Origin: a virus
Lineage: Duplodnaviria; Caudoviricetes
IMG/VR virus record: IMGVR_UViG_3300028585_000033
Span: 1-47,982 of that record
Reading direction: 5' to 3' (one strand)
DNA: 47,982 nt
Under the pieces are notes generated by a model. That model saw only the letters and a program-made list of their open reading frames with translations, had not been told where the DNA came from and searched no databases. The translations under genes and the position numbers were made by a program. Numbering within the stretch: the stretch's first letter is position 1; each line of letters opens with the position of its first letter. This document shows, piece after piece, positions 34,129-41,331 of this stretch.

Positions 34129-34277
34129 TTGATCCAGATATCTACTTCATCGAGATGATGAAAGCCATCTTAGAGCCGGTGCTGGACGAGATGACGCCAC
34201 AGCAAGCTGCAATGGATGCGGCTGCTGATTACCGTACGGAGCAGCAGGCAGAGCGAATGGGATTTGGTTATGAGTAA
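34125..34277 (+). CDS. Hypothetical protein, 50 aa
   Basis: ATGA-coupled start MIDPDIYF; RBS AGGAG. Confidence 0.6.
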   Translation: MIDPDIYFIEMMKAILEPVLDEMTPQQAAMDAAADYRTEQQAERMGFGYE

Positions 34278-34875
34278 GGAATTCTACATCAGGCTGGCAG
34301 AGATACAGCGCACACTGAACGCGCCAAAGGGGCAGTACAACAGCTTCGGCAAGTATCACTATCGCAGCTGCGAAGACATCCTTGAGGGCGTTAAACCGCT
34401 GCTTAACGGCTTATTCCTGTCTATCTCTGATGAAATCGTACTTATCGGCGACCGGTATTACGTAAAAGCCACAGCGACGATCACCGATGGCGAGACCACC
34501 CACACGGCTTCTGCAATGGCCCGTGAAGCTGTCGACAAGAAAGGCATGGATGATGCGCAGATTACCGGCGCGACAAGCTCCTACGCTAGAAAATACTGCC
34601 TGAATGGCCTCTTCGGCATCGACGACTCCAAGGATGCTGACACTAACGAGCACCGACAGCAGTCAGCCTCAGCACCTCAGCAGCAAAAACCTAAGCCTAA
34701 GCCCTCGGACATCCTTGCCGCCTTCTCTGAGGCTGCACTCAGCAAGAAAACCCCGGAAGAGCTGAAGCAGTCATTCGCCAGAGCATGGCAGGCGCTGGAC
34801 GGAACCCCTGAGCAGGCTAAAGCGAAAGAAGTTTACGACATGAAGAAATCAGAGCTTGAAGGAGCCACAGCATAA
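34270..34875 (+). CDS. erf: Erf single-strand annealing recombinase
   Basis: MSKEFY.RLAEIQ..LNAPK.QYNSFGKY.YRSCEDILEGVKPLL and GATSSYARKYCLNGLFGI, closely matching P22 Erf. Confidence 0.95.
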   Translation: MSKEFYIRLAEIQRTLNAPKGQYNSFGKYHYRSCEDILEGVKPLLNGLFLSISDEIVLIGDRYYVKATATITDGETTHTASAMAREAVDKKGMDDAQITGATSSYARKYCLNGLFGIDDSKDADTNEHRQQSASAPQQQKPKPKPSDILAAFSEAALSKKTPEELKQSFARAWQALDGTPEQAKAKEVYDMKKSELEGATA

Positions 34876-35267
34876 TGCCAATCAACACGATCACAATCGC
34901 AGGTAATGTCGGCAAGGATGCCGTTCTGCGCGTCACTCCAAACGGAAAACATATCGCTTCGTTCTCTCTGCCGGCCAAATCAGGATTTGGTGACAACGAG
35001 AAAACATCCTGGCTCCAATGCAAGATGTTCGGCGCTATGGCTGAGAAGCTTTCGGCATCAATCCTGAAAGGCGCGAAGGTCACCGTTACCGGCGAGTTCG
35101 TTCTGGAAGAATGGACAAAGGATGACGGCGCTAAGGTTTCAACGCCAACCATTCTCGTGCGGGATATCGATCTGCCTCCAAAGCAGAGCGGCCAGCAACA
35201 GAGTCGGCCGCAGCAGTCGCGTGGTCAATCTACCGAACCTGATTACGACAGCTCGATTCCCTTCTGA
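34875..35267 (+). CDS. ssb: Single-stranded DNA-binding protein
   Basis: N.ITIAGNVGKD OB fold; acidic tail ending IPF. Confidence 0.92.
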   Translation: MPINTITIAGNVGKDAVLRVTPNGKHIASFSLPAKSGFGDNEKTSWLQCKMFGAMAEKLSASILKGAKVTVTGEFVLEEWTKDDGAKVSTPTILVRDIDLPPKQSGQQQSRPQQSRGQSTEPDYDSSIPF

Positions 35268-35293
35268 TTTAACCCACAAATAAGGCACCGACC

Positions 35294-35602
35294 ATGAACC
35301 TCACCGAACCTTCGGCGGAATCTGCACGTCCTGATGAGACGCAATCACAGCGTTTGCATCGTCTGGCTATGCAGGACGCACAGCAGCAGATTAACGCCCG
35401 GTACGGTGGTCGGTGCCGGATTGAGTCACGCACGAAGGAATCACTGGAAGCAAGGCGCAGGGAGCGCACTACCAAGGAATACGCACGACAGGCAGCTTTC
35501 TATCCGCAGCTGCCACGCATCGTTATGACGAAGCCTGATGTCGTCTGGAATGACTATCAGACAGAGCTGCGCGGCCGCTTTGGTGCCGTGGTGCAGGACT
35601 AA
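35294..35602 (+). CDS. Hypothetical protein, possibly Abc2-like anti-RecBCD
   Basis: Position after erf/ssb; C-terminus RGRFGAVVQD weakly like P22 Abc2 RSRYGAISND. Confidence 0.45.
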   Translation: MNLTEPSAESARPDETQSQRLHRLAMQDAQQQINARYGGRCRIESRTKESLEARRRERTTKEYARQAAFYPQLPRIVMTKPDVVWNDYQTELRGRFGAVVQD

Positions 35603-35651
35603 CTATTTTCGCCGCGGCATTGAGCCTTACAGCGGCATAAGGGGTAAGAGA

Positions 35652-36182
35652 ATGGACTGGCATTCGTTACTGACCTACCTCCCTCTTGAGGGGATCGCAA
35701 TATGGAAAAAAAGGCCTGCATCCTTATTTGCATCGAAGAGAGCCTGCACTATCTGGAACAACAGATTTCCGGGGGTGGTTGCAGGGTCACTTCATATTGA
35801 TCATACCGGACACAGAACAATTCATATCAAGGTTGCCGGCAAGCAGTACAAAGCACACCGGGTATTCTGGGAGATGGTTCATGGTGAAATCCCACACGGA
35901 ATGACCATCGATCATATCGACCAAGACTCCACAAATAATCGCATTGCTAATCTCAGGCTCGCATCTCAAACAGACCAGCATAGAAACCGACCAGTACAGC
36001 GCAACAATTCCTGTGGATGTGCAGGAGTTTCATGGGTTGGAAGTAAAGGAATGTGGAGATCCAGAATAACCATAGGAAGAAAAACAATAGAGCTGGGGAT
36101 GAGATGCTCCCTCCTGGAAGCAGTTGCTATCAGGAAAAGCGCAGAAATTAATCATGGATTCCATCCCAACCATGGCAGATAG
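35652..36182 (+). CDS. HNH homing endonuclease with AP2-like domain
   Basis: YKAHRVFW, IDHIDQDSTNNRIANLR, ends GFHPNHGR; start ATG 35652. Confidence 0.9.
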   Translation: MDWHSLLTYLPLEGIAIWKKRPASLFASKRACTIWNNRFPGVVAGSLHIDHTGHRTIHIKVAGKQYKAHRVFWEMVHGEIPHGMTIDHIDQDSTNNRIANLRLASQTDQHRNRPVQRNNSCGCAGVSWVGSKGMWRSRITIGRKTIELGMRCSLLEAVAIRKSAEINHGFHPNHGR

Positions 36183-36197
36183 AGAGGGTTTCAACTG

Positions 36198-36425
36198 ATG
36201 AAATTATCTAAATCAGAAAGAGAAAGGCTAATAAATAATGAGGCTGAGTTCGACGCCTACCTCAACTCTGTGCGGGCTGAGGGTATTGAGATTCTGACAG
36301 GAAAGCTGCAGCAGCTGATTGATGAAGGCACGTTTGACGCCAAAGAAATCGGTGTGGCAGCTGGAACTATTCACGAAGGCGCTCAAATAGCCGCCCAACT
36401 CCGCGCCGGTAAGGATGGTGAGTGA
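36198..36425 (+). CDS. Hypothetical protein (Eae/Ead-like fragment)
   Basis: DAYLNSVRAEG...AAQLRAG motif. Confidence 0.65.
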   Translation: MKLSKSERERLINNEAEFDAYLNSVRAEGIEILTGKLQQLIDEGTFDAKEIGVAAGTIHEGAQIAAQLRAGKDGE

Positions 36426-36697
36426 TGGCTAAATCATCAGACGTGCATGACCTGTTAAGCGCTTATCAAAAACAGGCCCGGAAAATACCCGCGAAAGGTG
36501 TTTATGCCACCAGACAACGTCAGGAAGAGGTAAATGCAGCCCATGCGCGCAAGGTAATGCGCAAGCGTCGGCGGTCAGTCGGCAAATCAAATAAACTCGG
36601 CTGTCGATTCACGGCGGAAATGCGCGTAGCGCTAATTTGCGATATGAATTTTTGGGCTCTGATATGCCGCACCAACCGCGCAGGAGAGCCATCATGA
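36422..36697 (+). CDS. Basic hypothetical protein
   Basis: ORF in overlapped chain. Confidence 0.6.
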   Translation: MMAKSSDVHDLLSAYQKQARKIPAKGVYATRQRQEEVNAAHARKVMRKRRRSVGKSNKLGCRFTAEMRVALICDMNFWALICRTNRAGEPS

Positions 36698-36969
36698 AAG
36701 CAGAAGAGAAGCAGGCGCTAACTGGTCTATGCAATATCGAGATTAAGCGCTGGAAAGCTGCATCAGAATCGAATCCCAATATGCGCTATATGGTCGAACT
36801 AATGGAAGTGGCACTCGCCGCCCTGACCGCGCCGCCGGTTAAGTTGCCACCACGCCGATCCATGTTAACGCGTGAAGATATCGATCAGGATTATGTGACC
36901 TGTATGGCTATCTCTGTTGAAGATGCTATTTCGGCTATCCGTGCAGCAGGCTATGAGGTGCAGGAATGA
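36694..36969 (+). CDS. Hypothetical protein
   Basis: Start ATG 36694 (RBS AGGAG). Confidence 0.6.
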   Translation: MKAEEKQALTGLCNIEIKRWKAASESNPNMRYMVELMEVALAALTAPPVKLPPRRSMLTREDIDQDYVTCMAISVEDAISAIRAAGYEVQE

Positions 36970-37208
36970 TTAGTGATGAGAGACTGAAAGAGCTGGGCGA
37001 TGATAATACCATTTGCAAAGTCAGTTGGGACGAACGCGTGGAAATGGCAAAGGAGCTGCTGGCGCTGCGGAAAGCATTTAGTGAAACCGCTGTTTATGAG
37101 GCCGAGATAAACGGCGTAATGTCTTCAGTAACAAAGTCGCATTATGAAGACTGTAAAAAGTACGGAGTCAAAACTCGCCAGCTAATCGTTAAGCCCTCCA
37201 TGCTTTAA
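36966..37208 (+). CDS. Hypothetical protein
   Basis: ISDERL...MAKELLALRK motif common in phage early genes. Confidence 0.65.
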   Translation: MISDERLKELGDDNTICKVSWDERVEMAKELLALRKAFSETAVYEAEINGVMSSVTKSHYEDCKKYGVKTRQLIVKPSML

Positions 37209-37239
37209 GACGATATACTCCCCACAGGAGGACATCGCC

Positions 37240-37482
37240 ATGTCACACAACTTAGCAGCACGCAGCAGAGAAGAACGCGACAGGATTAACGTGGATTTAG
37301 CCGCGTCAGGAGTAGCGTACAAGGAGCGTATGAATATGCCGGTTATCGCCATGGAGGTGGAGATGCAGCAGCCGGAAGCGCTGAAGGAGTATTTCAGGGA
37401 GAGATTGCAGCATTACAGGAGCGTTGCGCTGCAGTTCCCGCGCGGCACTGACCCGGTTTATTTTAAAGAGGAAGGCAAATGA
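37240..37482 (+). CDS. holE: DNA polymerase III theta subunit homologue (Hot)
   Basis: NLAARSREERDRINVDLAASGVAYKERMNMPVIA..VE.QQPE.L.EYFRERL. Confidence 0.92.
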   Translation: MSHNLAARSREERDRINVDLAASGVAYKERMNMPVIAMEVEMQQPEALKEYFRERLQHYRSVALQFPRGTDPVYFKEEGK

Positions 37483-37682
37483 AGTTGAACATCACGTTTG
37501 TGGATGAAAATCTACAACCAGCAAGCCGGGAAGAACATGAGTTAGATTTTGTTCCTCAGGTAAATCAGGTTTTAAAACTTGTTGTGGATAGCCAGGAGGT
37601 TCAATACAGGGTGCTTTCTCTGGGTGGCGGAGAGCAAGGTGGTAAATTTACGCCATCAATCGCCACGCTGCAGAAAATATAG
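37479..37682 (+). CDS. Hypothetical protein
   Basis: Coupled to holE, followed by terminator. Confidence 0.6.
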   Translation: MKLNITFVDENLQPASREEHELDFVPQVNQVLKLVVDSQEVQYRVLSLGGGEQGGKFTPSIATLQKI

Positions 37683-37699
37683 ATTTAAGTTGGATCACG

Positions 37700-37724
37700 A
37701 GCCGCCCACCGAGGCGGTTTTTTT
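37700..37724 (+). terminator. Intrinsic terminator
   Basis: GCCGCC-CACCGA-GGCGGT plus T-run. Confidence 0.7.
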
Positions 37725-37748
37725 ACGCCCAAATTTCGGAGGTACAAC

Positions 37749-37955
37749 ATGTCTGACGAATTAGACCAGGCTGCTGAGCTTGAGGAGCTGGAGCGCAATA
37801 TCGCGTTAGCAAATCGCAAGCATCCGGAGATGGTGTTCACCGGTGCCTGCTATTACTGCGAAGAGGCGGTGAGCGCCGGTTGCTTCTGCGATGAGGATTG
37901 TCGCAGCGATTACGAGCGCATTGAACGCGCTAAGCAGCATCGCAGGGTGGCGTGA
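37749..37955 (+). CDS. TraR/DksA-like C4 zinc-finger protein
   Basis: N-terminal DxxDxA (DELDQA); CYYC...CFCDEDC. Confidence 0.7.
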   Translation: MSDELDQAAELEELERNIALANRKHPEMVFTGACYYCEEAVSAGCFCDEDCRSDYERIERAKQHRRVA

Positions 37956-38182
37956 CGCCTGTGACGGAGAACGTGCTAAGGGCCGTAGCGCGTAAGTGCA
38001 GGAGCGAAATAATCAAAGCCATAGACGGCAGGCCTAAGAAAGAACACGACCGCATCATTACCACCCTTCTCGATAAACACGCCAAATCAATCACCGCCCT
38101 GCCGCCTGATACATTTCCAGCAAAGCGCTGGCTGAGCTATTACGTGCGTCAGGTGGATAAGGAGTTACGACATGTCAGTTGA
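37952..38182 (+). CDS. Hypothetical protein
   Basis: ORF in overlapped chain. Confidence 0.6.
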   Translation: MTPVTENVLRAVARKCRSEIIKAIDGRPKKEHDRIITTLLDKHAKSITALPPDTFPAKRWLSYYVRQVDKELRHVS

Positions 38183-38471
38183 TTTAATAGATAAGCGACG
38201 CGAAGCCGACCGGGTATGTGGTGTATCCCTTCCCAACGGAACGTGGTTCAAAGTGCTCGCAATACCCGGTATGGACAAATTGATAAACACTCAATTCACC
38301 AACGACCCGGTTAACGTCACCGCAGCAAAAGCGAAAAAGATGGCTGACCTAATTGAGCCATGGACACCACCGGATGGTTGGTGCAATGGCGATGACAAAG
38401 AATGGCACGCCAAAATGAAAGGCTATCTGATCGAGTTCTTCCGAACCTGCAACGGCTTCCGCAGCCAGTAG
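38172..38471 (+). CDS. Hypothetical protein
   Basis: RBS AAGGAG; 99 aa. Confidence 0.65.
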   Translation: MSVDLIDKRREADRVCGVSLPNGTWFKVLAIPGMDKLINTQFTNDPVNVTAAKAKKMADLIEPWTPPDGWCNGDDKEWHAKMKGYLIEFFRTCNGFRSQ

Positions 38472-38517
38472 CCCCCATCCACCCTATTCACTATCGCGCT
38501 CTGCGTGAGGAGTTGTT

Positions 38518-38997
38518 ATGTCTGAAGTAAGCATATTGGATATGTGCTGCGGTTCGCGCATGTTCTGGATGGATAAGCAGGATGACCGGGCGGTGTTTAC
38601 TGACCGACGCTCCGAGCAGCATGTTTTATGTGACGGACGCACACTGCAGATTAGCCCGGACATCATCGCCGATTTCCGCGCGCTGCCTTTTGCTGATAAT
38701 ACTTTTGCCCAGGTCGTATTCGATCCGCCTCATCTGCAGCACGCTGGAGAAAAAAGCTGGATGCGTAAGAAGTATGGCGCACTGGATAAAGCAAAGTGGC
38801 CAGACGATATCCGCGCTGGCTTTGCGGAGGCGTTCAGGGTTTTGCGACCACATGGCACGCTGATATTCAAATGGAACGAAACGCAGATACCAGTCAGTAA
38901 AGTCATCGCTCTGACAGACCAAAAGCCAACCATCTGGCAGCGTACTGGCAAAGGCGACAAGACGCACTGGGTTCTCTTCCTGAAGCCAGCATCATGA
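38518..38997 (+). CDS. Small SAM-dependent (probable DNA adenine) methyltransferase
   Basis: ILDMCCGSRMFW, VVFDPPH, FRVLRPHGTLIFKW. Confidence 0.85.
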   Translation: MSEVSILDMCCGSRMFWMDKQDDRAVFTDRRSEQHVLCDGRTLQISPDIIADFRALPFADNTFAQVVFDPPHLQHAGEKSWMRKKYGALDKAKWPDDIRAGFAEAFRVLRPHGTLIFKWNETQIPVSKVIALTDQKPTIWQRTGKGDKTHWVLFLKPAS

Positions 38998-39092
38998 ACA
39001 TCATCCGCGACATCACCCCCGGCGAGTTCACTCTGCGGCTCGCCTTTTTTATTTGCATCGTGCTGGTCTGGAACTGGCCGTATAAGGAGTAG
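38994..39092 (+). CDS. 32-aa hydrophobic peptide
   Basis: ATGA-coupled; MNIIRDITPGEFTLRLAFFICIVLVWNWPYKE. Confidence 0.45.
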   Translation: MNIIRDITPGEFTLRLAFFICIVLVWNWPYKE

Positions 39093-39094
39093 AT

Positions 39095-39433
39095 ATGCCG
39101 GACGAGGCATTCATGAAAGTCAGAGAGTACGCTGCGCTTATCAGAGTGTCAGCGTCAACCATCTATCGCGACCCTGCCCGGTTCCACATGTTTAAGGTGG
39201 GCGGCTGCTGGCGTGCCAATTCAGAGAGCATGAAAAAGTTTGAACAGCAGGCAGCAAACGACAACAATGTTTTCCGGCTGGCTGTTGTAGGCGGTAAGGA
39301 GAAAAGGAAATGCCGATCTACAAACGAGGTAACACGTACTGGATTGATATATCGAAGCCAGACGGCTCGCGAATTAGACGCTCTGCTGGCACCAAAGAAA
39401 AAGAGAAGGCACAGCAGCTGCACGACAAGCTGA
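39095..39433 (+). CDS. xis: Excisionase (HTH)
   Basis: EYAALIRVSASTIYR...KVGGCWR; overlaps int start as in P22. Confidence 0.78.
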   Translation: MPDEAFMKVREYAALIRVSASTIYRDPARFHMFKVGGCWRANSESMKKFEQQAANDNNVFRLAVVGGKEKRKCRSTNEVTRTGLIYRSQTARELDALLAPKKKRRHSSCTTS

Positions 39434-40353
39434 AGCACGAAGCGTGGGCCGTGAAGAATCTGGATAAGCGACCGGAACGCCTGTTTGAAGACCTGATCAT
39501 GCTGGCCCTTCGCGATGCTGAAGATAACTCCAACATCGAGAACATCAAAATCTATGCCCGTTACTGGCATAGCCTTTTTGAGGGCCGGCTGGTTTCGTCA
39601 GTGAGCGGTGAGGAGATTACGGACAATCTCCCGACCCATAGCCGCATAACGCACAAGCGACTGTCTAACGCGACGAAGAACCGGTACAGGGCATTCATCA
39701 TGCGTGGCTTCTCTCTGGCTTATAAAAGCGGATGGATTGACCAGATACCCTACGCGCAGACAATGCGTGAGCCTAAGGTGCGCGTCCGGTGGCTAGATAA
39801 GAACGATGCCAGATCACTCATCGGAAACCTGCAGCATGAGTGGATGAGGAACCTGTGCTCATTCGCTCTGCTGACCGGCGCGCGCCTGCGGGAGATTCTG
39901 TCTCTCACCTGGCAGGATATCGATCTGGGTCGGCGGAGGGCAGTCGTTAAAGCTGAGGTCGCCAAATCAGGCCGGGCGAGACAGTTACCACTGAGTGATG
40001 AGGCGGTCGCAATCCTGAATCGCATCCCCCGAGATTTTGAATATGTTTTTTCTTCCGATGGAACACTTCACGACTATTTCGTGCGGAGTGATTTCAACAG
40101 GGCGCTGAAGCTTTCAGGGATAAAGGATTTCCGGTTTCACGACCTGAGACACACCTGGGCGAGCTGGCATGTTCAGGACGGAACGCCGCTGATGGTTCTG
40201 AAGGAATTAGGGGGATGGGAGAAGCTGGAGATGGTGAACAAGTACGCGCATCTGAGTGGTGAACATTTGAGCAAATTCAGCGGCGTTGTCACATTTCTGG
40301 CACAGGAAGGAAGATACGAGAGTGAATCTGGCCGGATAACTCTCGTAAGTTGA
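39310..40353 (+). CDS. int: Tyrosine integrase (P22-like)
   Basis: TGARLREI, KSG, FHDLRHTWASW, LGGW, KYAH; N-terminal arm-binding domain. Confidence 0.96.
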   Translation: MPIYKRGNTYWIDISKPDGSRIRRSAGTKEKEKAQQLHDKLKHEAWAVKNLDKRPERLFEDLIMLALRDAEDNSNIENIKIYARYWHSLFEGRLVSSVSGEEITDNLPTHSRITHKRLSNATKNRYRAFIMRGFSLAYKSGWIDQIPYAQTMREPKVRVRWLDKNDARSLIGNLQHEWMRNLCSFALLTGARLREILSLTWQDIDLGRRRAVVKAEVAKSGRARQLPLSDEAVAILNRIPRDFEYVFSSDGTLHDYFVRSDFNRALKLSGIKDFRFHDLRHTWASWHVQDGTPLMVLKELGGWEKLEMVNKYAHLSGEHLSKFSGVVTFLAQEGRYESESGRITLVS

Positions 40354-40551
40354 TGTTTTAAAATGGTAATAATCTAGGTTCCGCGGCCGCTGGAAACCGA
40401 TGCATCGGAGAAACAGTCCGATGATTTATTAAAAGTGGCGCATCATAACAACCGCACAACCCGCTACACAAGCCAGCCAGCAAGTTAGCGATTGTCGTTC
40501 TATGCAGATTTCTGCGGGATTGTGTCAATTTTCTGGCACAATTTTGGCACA
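40287..40551. other. attP region with five direct-repeat Int arm-type sites
   Basis: TGKCAMW heptamers at 40287, 40298 and 40523, 40534, 40545 (11-nt period) flanking a mostly non-coding interval; core not pinpointed. Confidence 0.72.
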
Positions 40552-40554
40552 CCT

Positions 40555-40878
40555 TTATATAGAGGGGCGCGCAGGTTCATAAACGGACACTATCTCGGCC
40601 GTCACCTTCCCCAGCACGATAATCCCTTCCAGCCCTTCTCCGTCGATCGTCTCACCGTCCGAAGTGATAATCCCTGTTCTGAATAATCTTCCCAGTTGCG
40701 GAAACTCACCAAGCTGGAAAGCGACTTTGTCGCCCGGCGCTGGCTTCAGTGATTTGTCGGCCAGCACAAACCCGTCAGGCGTCTCAATCAGGATCATGTT
40801 ATTGCGGTGCGGCATCAGGACATCGTTGAGGTCAATGCGGCGCTCGATGTAGTCGGACGCTGGTGATGGAAATCCCAT
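40555..40878 (-). CDS. UmuD'-like (HumD-like) protein lacking the N-terminal leader and apparent catalytic residues
   Basis: Starts MGFPSPASDYIERRIDLN (UmuD' begins GFPSPAADYVEQRIDLN); RBS GAGGT; no GDSM motif. Confidence 0.75.
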   Translation of the reverse strand: MGFPSPASDYIERRIDLNDVLMPHRNNMILIETPDGFVLADKSLKPAPGDKVAFQLGEFPQLGRLFRTGIITSDGETIDGEGLEGIIVLGKVTAEIVSVYEPARPSI

Positions 40879-40889
40879 AATTACCTCAC

Positions 40890-41120
40890 TTATCCCATGT
40901 TGCGGAGTGACCACGTTTTGTTCTCGCTCTCCTCTGTGACCAGCTCGAAGAAGAAATTCTGGTAACGCCGAATCCACCTGTTGCACTCTGCCAGCGTCCA
41001 CACGTGATTAACGTCATCCAGACGCTTCTGGAATGCCGCAGTAGTGACAACCTGCCTGCCGCGGGCGTCCTTGGTTATCGCACCAGTGAACGCTGCGTGT
41101 ATGTCGCTCTCTCTCGCCAT
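40890..41120 (-). CDS. SOS-regulated hypothetical protein, 76 aa
   Basis: RBS AGGAGG; first gene after LexA box. Confidence 0.75.
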   Translation of the reverse strand: MARESDIHAAFTGAITKDARGRQVVTTAAFQKRLDDVNHVWTLAECNRWIRRYQNFFFELVTEESENKTWSLRNMG

Positions 41121-41141
41121 GATATGCCCTCCTCTGATAAA

Positions 41142-41161
41142 TACTGTATGGATAAACAGTA
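41142..41161. promoter_or_regulatory. LexA (SOS) box
   Basis: TACTGTATGGATAAACAGTA (CTG-N10-CAG), overlapping minus-strand TTGATC-18-TACTGT promoter. Confidence 0.88.
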
Positions 41162-41309
41162 ATATCGATCAGTAGATTTGATCAAGGCGGAGCGGTGCAC
41201 AGATTTGTAAAGGGATTGATGGTGCAGGGTTTTTAGTTGGCGCTGGCGAGGGTGAGTGACTAATCTCAAATCAGACCCGCAGCTTGCTTAGATGGGCGCG
41301 GTACTGTCT

Positions 41310-41331
41310 GCCCCGTCGCCGGGGCTTTTTT
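41310..41331 (+). terminator. Hairpin with plus-strand T-run at the tail fibre stop
   Basis: GCCCCG-TCGC-CGGGGC-TTTTTT. Confidence 0.65.

Noticed and set aside
37145-37170. LexA box upstream of holE/hot (CTGTAAAAAGTACGGA)
   Set aside because: Right half-site is not CAG and it lies within a coding region.
40340-40362. IHF site in attP
   Set aside because: TTGAT is present but the YAA-N4 part of the consensus does not match.
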